64,000 nucleotides of DNA, from positions 535 to 64,534 of the forward strand of contig JBDRLU010000002.1 in NCBI GenBank assembly GCA_043812795.1, read 5' to 3'. A model generated the notes under the pieces. That model was not told the DNA's origin. It searched no databases and was given only the letters and a program-made list of their open reading frames with translations. Source of the stretch: Chloroflexota bacterium. Lineage in GTDB: Bacteria; Chloroflexota; Dehalococcoidia; Dehalococcoidales; UBA2162. The first letter of the stretch is position 1. Each line of letters starts with the position of its first letter. Below, one piece after another: positions 35,752 through 45,821 of this stretch. Made by a program: the position numbers and the translations under genes.

Positions 35752-35955
35752 GTGAAATGCGATTTATGTGGGAAATCACCACAATTCGGTCATAACGTCA
35801 GCCACTCCAAACGCCACACTAACCGTGATTGGGTTCCGAATATTCACAGGGTGACGGTCACTATTGGTGGTAAAGAGCAACGGCTCAAACTGTGCAGCCG
35901 CTGCTTGCGCAACCAGCAGAAATCGGCCAAAGTTGCCTCCGTCACCTTAGGCTAG
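35752..35955 (+). CDS. rpmB: 50S ribosomal protein L28
   Basis: (M)KCDLCGKSPQFGHNVSHSKRHTNRDWVPNIHRV... GTG start. Confidence 0.9.
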   Translation: MKCDLCGKSPQFGHNVSHSKRHTNRDWVPNIHRVTVTIGGKEQRLKLCSRCLRNQQKSAKVASVTLG

Positions 35956-36610
35956 CTCTTATTTTCTGAATCGCCTCTTTTACTGTCTGGGTCTTTTTGA
36001 AGACAGCGGCACCGGCGACCAGTACCCGTGCTCCGGCTTTGACCACTTGAGGAGCACGCTGAGCATTGATGCCGCCGTCAACTTCCAGTTCAGTGGTTGC
36101 GCCCTTCTCGTCGAGTAAAGCCCGCATCCGGGCAATCTTTTCCTGCATACCGTCAATAAAAGTCTGCCCGCCCCAGCCGGGATTGACTGTCATCACCAGC
36201 ACCAGGTCCAGATAGGGAAGAATCTCACTTAGCGTCTCTACCGGTGTGCCCGGGTTAAGAGCAACGCCGGCCTTGACTTTCAGTTCCTTAATCATCTGAA
36301 TCACGCGATGAATATGAGGGCAGGCTTCGATATGAACGGTAATAATATCGGCACCGGCATCGGCGAACTGTTTCAGGTGGCGTTCGGGGGCTTCCATCAT
36401 TAGATGGACATCAAGGGGCAGCTTCGTCCAGGAGCGGATAGACTGGACGACGAGCGGGCCGATGGTCAGGTTAGGGACAAAATGCCCGTCCATCACATCC
36501 ACGTGGATGTAGTCGGCGCCGGCTTTGGTGACTTCTGCCACCTGCTCGCCGAGGCGGGCGAAGTCGGCCGAGAGAATCGAAGGGGCCAGTTTAACCTTAT
36601 TTTTTGCCAT
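35942..36610 (-). CDS. rpe: ribulose-phosphate 3-epimerase
   Basis: MAKNKVKLAPSILSADFARLGEQV..HVDVMDGHFVPN..DVHLM..MTVNPGWGGQ... ATG 36610 follows GGAGGT. Confidence 0.9.
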   Translation of the reverse strand: MAKNKVKLAPSILSADFARLGEQVAEVTKAGADYIHVDVMDGHFVPNLTIGPLVVQSIRSWTKLPLDVHLMMEAPERHLKQFADAGADIITVHIEACPHIHRVIQMIKELKVKAGVALNPGTPVETLSEILPYLDLVLVMTVNPGWGGQTFIDGMQEKIARMRALLDEKGATTELEVDGGINAQRAPQVVKAGARVLVAGAAVFKKTQTVKEAIQKIRASLR

Positions 36611-37982
36611 GATGACCTCCGATTTCCTTCTTAGCGGTGGCAATAGCCTGTTTTACCCGCTCTGGCGCTGTACCACCGATAACATTCCGCGCCGCCAGCG
36701 ATGACTCCACCGTAATCGAATAAACGTCCTTACCGAAACGCGGAGAAAACTTTTTGTACTCCGTTAATTTGAGTTCACCGAAAGTCTTTTTCCTGGCGCT
36801 GGCATAGCTCACCAGTTGGCCCATAATGTTGTGGGCAGAGCGGAACGTCTCCCCCTTCCTGACCAGATAGTCAGCCAGGTCGGTAGCGAGCAAATAGCCG
36901 TGCTCGATAGCGGCGGCCATTTTGTCTTTGTTCACTTTTAAGGTGCTCAGCATGCCAGTGGTCACTTCCAGAGAACCGAGCAGGGTGTCAACGCAATCAA
37001 AGAACCCCGGCTTGTCTTCCTGCATATCACGGTCATAAGCAAGGGGCAGACCTTTCATCGTGGTCAATAAGGCCATCAGGTGGCCGTAGACCCGTCCCGT
37101 CTTGCCGCGGGCCAGTTCGGCGACGTCCGGGTTTTTCTTCTGGGGCATGATACTCGAGCCGGTAGTATAAGCCTCATCGAGTTCAATAAAGCCGAATTCA
37201 GACGACGACCACAGGATAATCTCTTCGGCCAAGCGGGAAAGGTGCATCATGGCGATACTGGCGGCAGCTTCATATTCGATGATAAAATCGCGGTCGGAAA
37301 CGGCGTCAATGCTGTTCCGGCTAACGTGGCTGAAGCCTAGTTCTTTGGCGATAAATTCGCGGTCGATGGGGTAGGTGACACCGGCCAGCGCCCCACTGCC
37401 TAGAGGCATCACATCGATACGCCCGAGACAACAATTTAACCGGCTGACATCCCGCTCGAACATTTCGAAATAAGCTAAGAGGTGGTGGACAAACAAGACT
37501 GGCTGTGCCCGCTGCAAGTGCGTGTAACCGGGCATGACGACATTCTGGTTCTTTTCGGCCAGGCTAATTAAAGCCGCCTGCAACTTTCTTAACCGCGCCT
37601 GAGCGTCAGCGATGGCCTGTTTGGTGAAGAGGCGTAAATCAAGGGCGACCTGGTCGTTACGAGAGCGGGCAGTGTGTAATTTTTCGCCGACTTTGCCGAT
37701 TTTCTCAATCAGACGGGCTTCGATATTCATGTGAATATCTTCCAGCTCCGGCTTGAACTTAAGTTTACCCTGCTCGATTTCTTTTTTAATCGAGGTCAGG
37801 CCGTGAACGATTACCTTGGCTTCTTGTCTGGTAATAATGCCTTGCTTGCCGAGCATTTTGGCGTGCGCAATGGAGCCGGCAATATCATAGGGATAGAGCC
37901 GGCAGTCGAAAGAGATCGACTCCGTATATGCAGCGGCTGATTTGGCCGCTTCTTTATGGAAGCGCCCGCGCGTAAGGCTCAT
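36597..37982 (-). CDS. argH: argininosuccinate lyase
   Basis: ..HTARSRNDQVALDLRL.., ..GYTHLQRAQP.., ..GSSIMPQKKNPD... Confidence 0.95.
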   Translation of the reverse strand: MSLTRGRFHKEAAKSAAAYTESISFDCRLYPYDIAGSIAHAKMLGKQGIITRQEAKVIVHGLTSIKKEIEQGKLKFKPELEDIHMNIEARLIEKIGKVGEKLHTARSRNDQVALDLRLFTKQAIADAQARLRKLQAALISLAEKNQNVVMPGYTHLQRAQPVLFVHHLLAYFEMFERDVSRLNCCLGRIDVMPLGSGALAGVTYPIDREFIAKELGFSHVSRNSIDAVSDRDFIIEYEAAASIAMMHLSRLAEEIILWSSSEFGFIELDEAYTTGSSIMPQKKNPDVAELARGKTGRVYGHLMALLTTMKGLPLAYDRDMQEDKPGFFDCVDTLLGSLEVTTGMLSTLKVNKDKMAAAIEHGYLLATDLADYLVRKGETFRSAHNIMGQLVSYASARKKTFGELKLTEYKKFSPRFGKDVYSITVESSLAARNVIGGTAPERVKQAIATAKKEIGGHHGKK

Positions 37983-39214
37983 TTACCGGCTTGCCTCTTT
38001 TTCGGTTGCTTGGTACTCAATACTTTGCCCTGTGCCTGGGCCTGGTTTCTTACCGGCAGTCCCCAGATGTGGATGAAGCCGGGGGAGGCACTCTGGTCGA
38101 ACTGGTCGCCTTTATCGTAAGTGGCCAGGCTGTAATTGTACAGGGAATAGGGTGACTTGCGGCCGACGACCGTCGAAGTCCCCTTGAACAGTTTCAAACG
38201 GACGGTACCGGTGACGAAACGCTGAGTGCTGGTAACGTAGGCCGCCAGGTCCTCGCGGAAGGAACTGAACCAGAGCCCGTTATAGACCAGGTCGGCGTAC
38301 TCCACGGCCACCTGCTGTTTGAAGCGTAACTGGTCTTTGGAAAGGGTCAAGCCTTCCAGTGCCTGGTGTGCTTGCAATAAGACAACCGCGGCCGGAGCCT
38401 CATAAATCTCCCTCGATTTAATGCCGACCAGGCGGTTTTCGATGTGGTCGATGCGACCGACGCCATGCTCGCCGGCAAGCTCGTTGAGTTTCAGGACTAG
38501 GCTGATGCCGTCCATTTTTTTGCCGTTAAGACTCACCGGAATACCTTGGACAAAACTAATCTCAATATAGCCCGGCTTATTCGGGGCTTTGGCCGGTGAG
38601 GTAGTCATGGTGTAGGCGTCTTCCGGCGGCTCGTTCCAGGGGTCTTCCAGAACGCCGCACTCGATGGCCTTGCCCCACAGGCTCTCATCAATCGAGTACG
38701 GGCTGGACACGGTGATGGGGACGGGTATTTTGTAGCGCTGGGCGTATTTGATGGTCTCCTCGCGGGTCATCCCCCATTCGCGGGCAGGCGCAATAATCTT
38801 CAATTCCGGGGCCAGGGCGTTAATCCCGACCTCGAACCGAACCTGGTCGTTGCCCTTGCCGGTGCAGCCGTGAGCGACGGCAGAAGCCCCCTCAGCCAGG
38901 GCGATATCCACCATTAATTTGGCCATTAGCGGGCGGCCGAGAGCCGTCGCCAGCGGGTACTGCCCTTCATAGAGACAGTCCGCCTGCAGGGCCGGAAAAC
39001 AATAATCATTAACAAACTGCTTCTTGGCATCGATAACAATAGACTTGATAGCCCCGACCTTCAGTGCTTTCTTCTTGACTGCGGTGAAATCCTTCTCGTT
39101 ACCGACATCGATGGTGACGGCGATGACATCCATGTTATATTTTTCTTTAATCCATCTGACGGCCACCGAGGTGTCGAGACCGCCGCTGTAAGCTAAGACA
39201 ACTTTTTTTGCCAT
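37979..39214 (-). CDS. argG: argininosuccinate synthase
   Basis: MAKKVVLAYSGGLDTSV..; ..AHGCTGKGNDQVRFE... Confidence 0.95.
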   Translation of the reverse strand: MAKKVVLAYSGGLDTSVAVRWIKEKYNMDVIAVTIDVGNEKDFTAVKKKALKVGAIKSIVIDAKKQFVNDYCFPALQADCLYEGQYPLATALGRPLMAKLMVDIALAEGASAVAHGCTGKGNDQVRFEVGINALAPELKIIAPAREWGMTREETIKYAQRYKIPVPITVSSPYSIDESLWGKAIECGVLEDPWNEPPEDAYTMTTSPAKAPNKPGYIEISFVQGIPVSLNGKKMDGISLVLKLNELAGEHGVGRIDHIENRLVGIKSREIYEAPAAVVLLQAHQALEGLTLSKDQLRFKQQVAVEYADLVYNGLWFSSFREDLAAYVTSTQRFVTGTVRLKLFKGTSTVVGRKSPYSLYNYSLATYDKGDQFDQSASPGFIHIWGLPVRNQAQAQGKVLSTKQPKKRQAGK

Positions 39215-39229
39215 GTCGCCCTCCTAATC

Positions 39230-40420
39230 TTATTTGCCGGGTAGGCTGGTGAGAGCTTCGTCCAGGATGTGCAATGCTTCATCGATGTCTTTGTTGGTAA
39301 TGGTCAATGCCGGGATGAAGCGCAAAGCATTGGGCTTGACCACGTTGACCAGTAAGCCCCTTTCGAGGCAGGCCGTGGCTAGCGCTTGGCCGATATCGGA
39401 GTCGAATTGGATGGCAACCAGCAGACCACGACCCCGTATCTCGGTGACGAACGGGTATTTCTTCTGAAGGTTTCTCAGGCCGGCCATCAGGTACTCGCCC
39501 ACCTGTCGGGCGTTATCGGAGATATTATGGTCGATGATGTATTTCACGGTGGCGTAACCCGCCGCACAGGCGAGCGGATTCCCACCGAAAGTCGAGCCGT
39601 GCTCACCGGGTACGAAAACAGCAGCTTTTTCCTTAGCTAAGATAGCGCCGATGGGTACACCGCTGGCCAGACCTTTCGCCAAAGGCATGATATCGGGTTC
39701 GACGTCGTATTGCTCGTAGGCAAAGAGCGTGCCGGTACGTCCGATGCCGGTCTGGATTTCATCCAGGATAAAGAGGATACCCTTCTGGTCGCACCATTCC
39801 CGTACGGCTTTAAGATAGCCGTCAGCAGGCACATTCACTCCCCCCTCCCCCTGTATCGGCTCTAGCATGACGGCGCAGGTGAGATTGGTGGTGGCTTGCT
39901 TGATAGCGTCGATGTTATTGAATTCCGCATTGACGAAGCCGGTCGGTAGTGGAGTATAAGGCTCCTGGAACTTCGCTTGCCCGGTAGCGGCGGTCATCGC
40001 CAGCGTGCGGCCGTGAAAAGAACCGGTGGCCGTGATGACTTCGTAGGCCTCGTTCAAATGACGTTTGCCGTAACGGCGGGCCAGCTTCACCGAGCCTTCG
40101 GTGGCCTCGGCGCCGCTGTTGCAGAAGAAAATCCGGTTCAGGCAGCTATTCTGGATGAGAAGCTCGGCCAGACGAAGCTGCGGGATAGTGTAGAACTGAT
40201 TGGACGTCTGAATGAGCGTGTGTACCTGCTCGGTGACGGCGGCGGCGACGGCCGGGTGGCAGTGCCCCAGGCTATTGACCGCCCAGCCGGCCACGAAATC
40301 CAAATATACACGACCGTTTTCATCCCACACCCGCGTCCCCTGACCCTTAACGATGGTCACGGGCGTGCGGTTAGCACAGCGCATATAGTATTTGCTTTCC
40401 AGTTCTTGCCATTTACTCAT
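39230..40420 (-). CDS. argD: acetylornithine aminotransferase
   Basis: Class III aminotransferase with ..NSGAEATEGSVKLAR.. and ..DEIQTGIGRTG... Located in the arg cluster. Confidence 0.9.
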   Translation of the reverse strand: MSKWQELESKYYMRCANRTPVTIVKGQGTRVWDENGRVYLDFVAGWAVNSLGHCHPAVAAAVTEQVHTLIQTSNQFYTIPQLRLAELLIQNSCLNRIFFCNSGAEATEGSVKLARRYGKRHLNEAYEVITATGSFHGRTLAMTAATGQAKFQEPYTPLPTGFVNAEFNNIDAIKQATTNLTCAVMLEPIQGEGGVNVPADGYLKAVREWCDQKGILFILDEIQTGIGRTGTLFAYEQYDVEPDIMPLAKGLASGVPIGAILAKEKAAVFVPGEHGSTFGGNPLACAAGYATVKYIIDHNISDNARQVGEYLMAGLRNLQKKYPFVTEIRGRGLLVAIQFDSDIGQALATACLERGLLVNVVKPNALRFIPALTITNKDIDEALHILDEALTSLPGK

Positions 40421-40475
40421 TTTTGTTCTCCGATTCCTACTATGTGCCTGACTTTACAGTTGAAGTCTCCTCAGC

Positions 40476-41258
40476 TTACTTTCTTATCGTTGTTCCGCAA
40501 CCCTCGCCCTTAAGCTGCTGGAGGAGGGCGTGGGGTTGCCGCCCATCAATAATACACGTTTGGGCTTGACCGGACAAGGCTTTGAGGCAAGCCTTGACCT
40601 TGGGAATCATTCCACCCGAAGCGATGCCGGAAGCAAGTAAGGCCTCGGCTTCAGCCGTAGTAAGGCTCGGTAGTAATTTGCCCGACTGGTCGAGGATACC
40701 CGTCACGTCGGTCAGAAAAATAAGACTTTCGGCATTAATGGCGGCGGCCAGCTCGCCGGCAGCAACATCGGCATTAAGGTTAAGAGTTTGCGGGCCATTG
40801 GATGATGTTTCGGAAACATTGAAACCCACCGGCGCAATTACCGGTATGAAACCCGATTGCAGGAGCGCCGTCAGGAGAGTGGTATTTATCTTAGTAACTT
40901 CGCCGACAAAGCCCATTTTCGGGTCTTTGATTTTCCCTTCGAGGAGGGCGCCGTCGGCGCCGCTGATGCCCACCGCCCGTCCGCCGCGGCGGTTGATGGC
41001 GGTTACCAGTTCTTTATTGACCAGACCGGCCAGCACCGCAACGACCACGTCCAGCGTAGGTTGGTCGGTGACACGTTCACCCTGGACGAACCGGCTGGGG
41101 ACTCCCTGTTTAGCCAGCCAGTCGGTGATGACCTTGCCGCCGCCGTGTACCACCACCAGGGAATTACCTTCCTTTTGCAGCTTGACCAGGTCTTCGATAG
41201 TGGTATCATGGCTGCCTAAAGTCGAGCCGCCGATTTTAATGACGATTACTTTATTCAT
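40476..41258 (-). CDS. argB: acetylglutamate kinase
   Basis: MNKVIVIKIGGS..; ..VVVHGGGKVI..; ..NADVAAGELAAA... Confidence 0.95.
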   Translation of the reverse strand: MNKVIVIKIGGSTLGSHDTTIEDLVKLQKEGNSLVVVHGGGKVITDWLAKQGVPSRFVQGERVTDQPTLDVVVAVLAGLVNKELVTAINRRGGRAVGISGADGALLEGKIKDPKMGFVGEVTKINTTLLTALLQSGFIPVIAPVGFNVSETSSNGPQTLNLNADVAAGELAAAINAESLIFLTDVTGILDQSGKLLPSLTTAEAEALLASGIASGGMIPKVKACLKALSGQAQTCIIDGRQPHALLQQLKGEGCGTTIRK

Positions 41259-41318
41259 TTTGTGTCTCGCCTGACGCCGTAAATAGTCCTATTGTAGCGA
41301 TGAAAGTTAATTATAATC

Positions 41319-41375
41319 GTTCGTGGTGAGCCTGTCGAACCACGAATCGCCCTTCGACAAGCTCAGGGCGAACGG
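41319..41375 (-). repeat. bipartite palindromic element (reverse orientation)
   Basis: CGTTCGTGGTGAGCCTGTCGAACCACGAA..GCCCTTCGACAAGCTCAGGGCGAACGG. The track ORF 41323-41544 (MVSLSNHESPFDKLRANG..) is its translation. Confidence 0.75.
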
Positions 41376-41417
41376 AATAAAATTGATAACACTATTGTCA
41401 GTGCCATACTCCCAGAA

Positions 41418-42638
41418 TCAAGTCATGTACTGGCTATTAATGGTGACATATTCTTTCGATAAATCGCAACCCCAAGCGGTCGCCGAGGCGTTGCCGAGAT
41501 TAAGGTCAAGCGTAATGGGCACCTCTTTCCGGTTGAACACCTGAGCCACGCTGGCCTCACTATAATTCAACGGACGTCCGCCTTCGAGCACATTTACCTC
41601 GCCGATAGCCAGGTCGAGTTTGTTTTCAATCAATTCCGCGCCGCTGCGACCGGCCGCCACGACAATCCGCCCCCAGTTGGGGTCGCCGCCGTTCACGGCG
41701 GTCTTCACCAGTGGCGAGTTGACCACGGTGCGGGCGGTTACTCTCGCATCAGCCAAGCTGGCAGCCCCGTTCACGGTAACCTGAATAAGCTTGGTCGCCC
41801 CTTCGCCGTCGCCGGCGATTGCTTTAGCCAGATAGATACAGGCCCGGTCGAGGGCCTCCTGAAAAATTTTCGCCCCCTGGCTGCGTTGGGTAATCGGTTT
41901 ATTCCCGGCCAGACCATTAGCCAGGATGAGCACGGTATCGCTCGGACTGGTATCGCCATCGACAGAAATCATGTTAAAGGAAAGGTCGGCGGCCTGACGC
42001 AGCGCCGATTTGAGAAAACCCGCCTCAACCACCGCATCGGTGGTCAAGAAACAAAACATGGTGGCCATGTTGGGGTGAATCATGCCGGCGCCCTTGGCAA
42101 TACCGCCGATGGTAAATTGTTTGCCGCCGATGGCAGCAGTAATAGCTATCTCTTTCGGGCGGGTATCGGTGGTCATTATCGCCCTGGCCATGTCGTGGCC
42201 GCCTTCACGGGAAAGCACAATCTGTTTGATACCGGCCTCGATTAGCTTTATCGGTAAAGGCTGGCCGATGACACCGGTGCTGGCGACAAATACGTCTTCC
42301 GGCTCGGCGCCGAGGGCATTAGCCGCCAGGTCGGCCATTCTTGCGGCGTCCGATAAGCCCTGTTCGCCGGTGCTGGCATTGGCGCAGCCGCTATTGGCGA
42401 TAATCGCTACGGCCCGGCCTCGCTTTAGCTTCTCCTGGTTCAAAATTACCGGGGCCGATTTAATCTTGTTAGTGGTAAAAACACCGGCAGTGACGCAGGG
42501 GACTTCAGCGTAGAGCATGCTCAGGTCCAGGACGCGGGGTGTTTTTTTCTTAATACCGGCGTAGGTCGCTCCGGCGCGAAAACCCTGAGGCGAGGTAATC
42601 GTACCTCCGCTCACAAAATTCATTTCTCCAGCTTTCAT
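41418..42638 (-). CDS. argJ: bifunctional ornithine acetyltransferase / N-acetylglutamate synthase
   Basis: ..ANSGCANA.., ..HPNMATMFCFLTTDA.. (autoproteolytic ATM site). 406 aa. Confidence 0.95.
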   Translation of the reverse strand: MKAGEMNFVSGGTITSPQGFRAGATYAGIKKKTPRVLDLSMLYAEVPCVTAGVFTTNKIKSAPVILNQEKLKRGRAVAIIANSGCANASTGEQGLSDAARMADLAANALGAEPEDVFVASTGVIGQPLPIKLIEAGIKQIVLSREGGHDMARAIMTTDTRPKEIAITAAIGGKQFTIGGIAKGAGMIHPNMATMFCFLTTDAVVEAGFLKSALRQAADLSFNMISVDGDTSPSDTVLILANGLAGNKPITQRSQGAKIFQEALDRACIYLAKAIAGDGEGATKLIQVTVNGAASLADARVTARTVVNSPLVKTAVNGGDPNWGRIVVAAGRSGAELIENKLDLAIGEVNVLEGGRPLNYSEASVAQVFNRKEVPITLDLNLGNASATAWGCDLSKEYVTINSQYMT

Positions 42639-42702
42639 ATCGGTTAAACTATAACATACCCCGTCAGCCTCGGCAATCGAAGGTGCTTGGAATCGTGCAC
42701 GA

Positions 42703-42833
42703 CCTCACCCCCTACCCCCTCTCCTGTCAGGAGAGGGGGATATTAGAATAAGAGGGCTGAAGCCCTCTTCTGACAACTCCTTATCACTGTCATTGCGAGG
42801 AGTCCCGATTTTATCGGGACGACGCGACAATCT
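42703..42833. repeat. composite cluster of palindromic repeat modules
   Basis: CCCCCTCTCCTGTCAGGAGAGGGGG; GAATAAGAGGGCTGAAGCCCTCTTCTGACAACTCCTTATC (42746-42785); GTCATTGCGAGGAGTCCCGATTTTATCGGGACGACGCGACAATCT (42789-42833). Confidence 0.75.
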
Positions 42834-42893
42834 TAGATTAGCTGATAGCTCAGTTTGCATTCTCCCTCTGGTTCGGGTAAACTTACTTTTGCT

Positions 42894-43658
42894 ATGAAAA
42901 TTGTGCGGTTTGCAGTCCAGAAAAAAATCAAATACGGTATTTTGAAAGACTGTGTTATCGAGGTGATTGCCGGTACACCTTTCCGTTCCATTAAGACTAC
43001 CGGTGAGACTTATCCGCAGGATGAAGTGAAACTGCTGGCGCCGTGTTTGCCTTCGAAGATAGTGGCCCTGGGTCTTAACTACCGGAGCCATGCCGAGGAA
43101 GTAAAAATTCGCTTGCCTCAAGCCCCCCTGATTTTCATCAAGCCTTCCACCTCTGTTATCGGACCCGAGGACGATATTGTCTATCCCCCGTCTTCGAAGC
43201 AGGTGGACTACGAAGGCGAATTAGCCGTAGTGATTAAGAAGAAAGCCTGGCGTGTGCCATTGAAGGACGTGTTTGATTATATCCTGGGCTATACCTGTAT
43301 CAACGATGTGACGGCACGTGACCTCCAGTACTTGGACAAGCAGTGGACGCGGAGCAAAGGGTTCGATACTTTCGGCCCGATGGGTCCGTGGATTGAAACG
43401 GAGCTTTATCCCGGGAAAGTAGGGCTGGAGACCTATCTGAACGGTGAGTTGAAGCAGAAGACCGATACCAGCTACCTGCTTTTTAGCGTGCCGCAATTGG
43501 TCAGCTTTAGCTCGGAAGTGATGACCCTCTTGCCCGGTGATGTCATTGCCACGGGGACGACCAGTGGCATCGGCCCGATGCAGCCAGGCGATACCGTCGA
43601 AGTAAAAATAGAGGGCATCGGCACGCTGAGAAACCATATCGCCAAGCAAAAGTTATAG
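42894..43658 (+). CDS. fumarylacetoacetate hydrolase-family protein
   Basis: MKIVRFAVQKKIKYGIL..; ..LNYRSHAEE..; ..DYEGELAVVI..; ..NDVTARDLQ... ATG 42894 is chosen; the upstream track codons lie in repeat DNA. Confidence 0.85.
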   Translation: MKIVRFAVQKKIKYGILKDCVIEVIAGTPFRSIKTTGETYPQDEVKLLAPCLPSKIVALGLNYRSHAEEVKIRLPQAPLIFIKPSTSVIGPEDDIVYPPSSKQVDYEGELAVVIKKKAWRVPLKDVFDYILGYTCINDVTARDLQYLDKQWTRSKGFDTFGPMGPWIETELYPGKVGLETYLNGELKQKTDTSYLLFSVPQLVSFSSEVMTLLPGDVIATGTTSGIGPMQPGDTVEVKIEGIGTLRNHIAKQKL

Positions 43659-43736
43659 GCGTGATTACAGGCAGAAGTGTTATCAGCCCAAGCCTGTTTT
43701 TGCTTGACATAGCCCACGAAAGTCGGCTAAACTGAG

Positions 43737-43778
43737 TTAAGGAAGATTTGTGCGGTGGCTAATCTTCCTTTTTCTTTT
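43737..43778 (+). terminator. rho-independent terminator-like hairpin
   Basis: TTAAGGAAGATT-N12-AATCTTCCTT followed by TTTCTTTT. Lies about 80 nt after the FAH stop codon. Confidence 0.55.
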
Positions 43779-43819
43779 GTCGTGGAATATCAAATCTTCA
43801 TTATCAAGGTGAGAGAAAA

Positions 43820-45244
43820 ATGAAAGTAGATTTTGCCAAGCTTGACCGGGCGTTTAGTCCGAAGTGTGTAGTGGTGGTCGGGGACAGTGTCAGGAACGAG
43901 TTTAACTGGCTCAAAGCCCAGAAAGAGTTCAAGGGCAAGCTTTATTCGGTACAGGTCAACCCGGAGACGATTAAGCAGATTGAAGCCATGGGGGTAAAGA
44001 ATTATACCAGCCTGCTCGATATTCCGGACCAGATTGACCTGGTTATTGTGTCAGTACCGCGGGTCGCCGCAATGAAGATTCTGGAAGATTGCATCCGTAA
44101 GGACGTAGGAGCAGTCCATTTCTTTACTTCGGGCTTTGCCGAGACCGATACCGAAGAAGGCAGACAATTAGAGCGTCAGTTTGTGGCCAGGGCAACGGAG
44201 GCGAACCTTCACGTTATCGGGCCTAACTGCATGGGTGTTTTTAATCCTAAAGTCGGCGTGAAACAGACGGAGAACCTGTACTCAGGTGTCAGCGGACCTG
44301 TCGGCTGCATTGCCCAGAGCGGTACTCATGCTATTGCCTTTGCTTCACAAGCCCATCTGGAAGGCGTGAACGTTGCCAAGTCGGTGAGCTTCGGCAACGG
44401 CATCGTGCTCGATTCCCCTGATTATCTGGAATACTTTGCCCATGACCCGGAAATTAAGGTGATTGCCATGTACCTGGAGGGAGTCAGGGATGGGCCGCGG
44501 TTTCTCCGGGTCTTAAAGAATGTAACGGCACAGAAACCGGTGGTGATATGGAAGGGTGGCCGGACCGAGGAAGGCGGGAGGGCAATTGCTTCGCATACCG
44601 GCTCTCTGGCGGTATCCCGGGCAATATGGGATACGGCGGTGAAGCAGTGCGGCGCCATCGGTGTACGAAACATTGAGGAACTTATTGATACGACGAAAGC
44701 GCTTGTCTTTTTGCCTCCGGTGCGAGGGCTGCGGGTTGGTATTGCCGGTGGTTCCGGGGGGCAATCAGTAGCTATCGCTGATGTTTTTGCCGAAGCCGGA
44801 TTGAAAGTGCCGACTTTGTCGCCGGAATCATATAAAGAGTTATCTTCGTTCTTCTCGCTCATCGGCGGGAGCTACCGTAATCCGGTTGATACGGGCAATC
44901 CGAACCAGGACCAGATGAGGCGCATCATGGAAATTCTGGAGCGGGATGCCAATCTGGATAATCTGGCGTTACTGATGACCGCCCGCTGGATTAAAGACGA
45001 CCAACTTGACGCCCAGGTCAAAATGCTTACTGAACTCAGGCAGAAAACAGATAAGCCAATTATAATGATTGTTTTCTATCATACGCCTGAAGACATGCAG
45101 AAAGCGATAAAGATTGCCGAGAGGTTTCAGGCAGGCGGCGTGCCGGCATTTTCTTCAATGGAGCGGGGCGCGCGGACTTTGAAGAATGCTTTTGAATACT
45201 ACCAGATGAAAAAATCGGTGGAACTGGAGCGACGATATCTCTAG
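43820..45244 (+). CDS. CoA-binding, acyl-CoA synthetase (NDP-forming) alpha-type protein
   Basis: ..KCVVVVGDS.., ..DLVIVSVPRVAAMKILEDC.., ..HVIGPNCMGV.., ..IWKGGRTEEGGRAIASHTGSLA.. (phospho-His loop context). No ATP-grasp partner is adjacent. Confidence 0.75.
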   Translation: MKVDFAKLDRAFSPKCVVVVGDSVRNEFNWLKAQKEFKGKLYSVQVNPETIKQIEAMGVKNYTSLLDIPDQIDLVIVSVPRVAAMKILEDCIRKDVGAVHFFTSGFAETDTEEGRQLERQFVARATEANLHVIGPNCMGVFNPKVGVKQTENLYSGVSGPVGCIAQSGTHAIAFASQAHLEGVNVAKSVSFGNGIVLDSPDYLEYFAHDPEIKVIAMYLEGVRDGPRFLRVLKNVTAQKPVVIWKGGRTEEGGRAIASHTGSLAVSRAIWDTAVKQCGAIGVRNIEELIDTTKALVFLPPVRGLRVGIAGGSGGQSVAIADVFAEAGLKVPTLSPESYKELSSFFSLIGGSYRNPVDTGNPNQDQMRRIMEILERDANLDNLALLMTARWIKDDQLDAQVKMLTELRQKTDKPIIMIVFYHTPEDMQKAIKIAERFQAGGVPAFSSMERGARTLKNAFEYYQMKKSVELERRYL

Positions 45245-45253
45245 CCGCCCCAT

Positions 45254-45817
45254 TTATTGCTTGATAATCTCATCCTGATTTTTTACTTGCAACTTCTGCC
45301 AGTCGATGCGGAATACTTCCATGAGCAGGAAGCTGAACCCATCCTTGGTGAGCTGTCCGTAGGGGATAAAGCCACATCTTTTGAAGCATTTCTGTGCTCG
45401 GCTGTTGGACTTCAGTGTCTTCAGATAGATATGCCTGAAGGCTGTTTCCTGGAAGATATGATTGACCAGCGTACTTATGGTATCGGTGCCATAGCCTTTA
45501 TCCCAGTAGTCACGGTTACCAATCATAATACCCAGTTCGGTTTCTCCACCGGTCTCATCAATGTTGTAGTAAGAGCAGTTGCCGATATGCTTGCCTTCCC
45601 TGGTGTCGATGGCAAACCGGCGGCTGGTGGCAAAGGGACTGCGCAATTCACGAGTATATTCCAGCAGGTATTGAGGGAAAGGGATTGAGACTACCGAGGC
45701 GGCATCAAGGTGGGCAAGTTCGGGGTCGGTTTCCCAGATATAGTCGTTCCACGCGTCAGAGAGCCTCTTTTCGCGTAGTACGACTTTGTTCCCGACGATT
45801 GTATTGTTGTTGCCCAT
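45254..45817 (-). CDS. GNAT-family N-acetyltransferase (RimJ/RimL-like)
   Basis: ..VVLREKRLSDAWNDY.., ..IGNRDYWDKGYGTD.., ..NSRAQKCFKRCGF... ATG 45817 lies 4 nt after the HEAT gene stop. Confidence 0.8.
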   Translation of the reverse strand: MGNNNTIVGNKVVLREKRLSDAWNDYIWETDPELAHLDAASVVSIPFPQYLLEYTRELRSPFATSRRFAIDTREGKHIGNCSYYNIDETGGETELGIMIGNRDYWDKGYGTDTISTLVNHIFQETAFRHIYLKTLKSNSRAQKCFKRCGFIPYGQLTKDGFSFLLMEVFRIDWQKLQVKNQDEIIKQ

Positions 45818-45821
45818 CTCG

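Noticed and set aside
41323-41544. A 73-aa ORF starting MVSLSNHESPFDKLRANG. Similar ORFs at 42705-43121(-) and 8240-8464(-) have the same origin.
   Set aside because: These are simply translations of the palindromic repeat modules running into flanking DNA or antisense gene ends. No SD is present, and the same peptide strings are produced wherever the repeat occurs.
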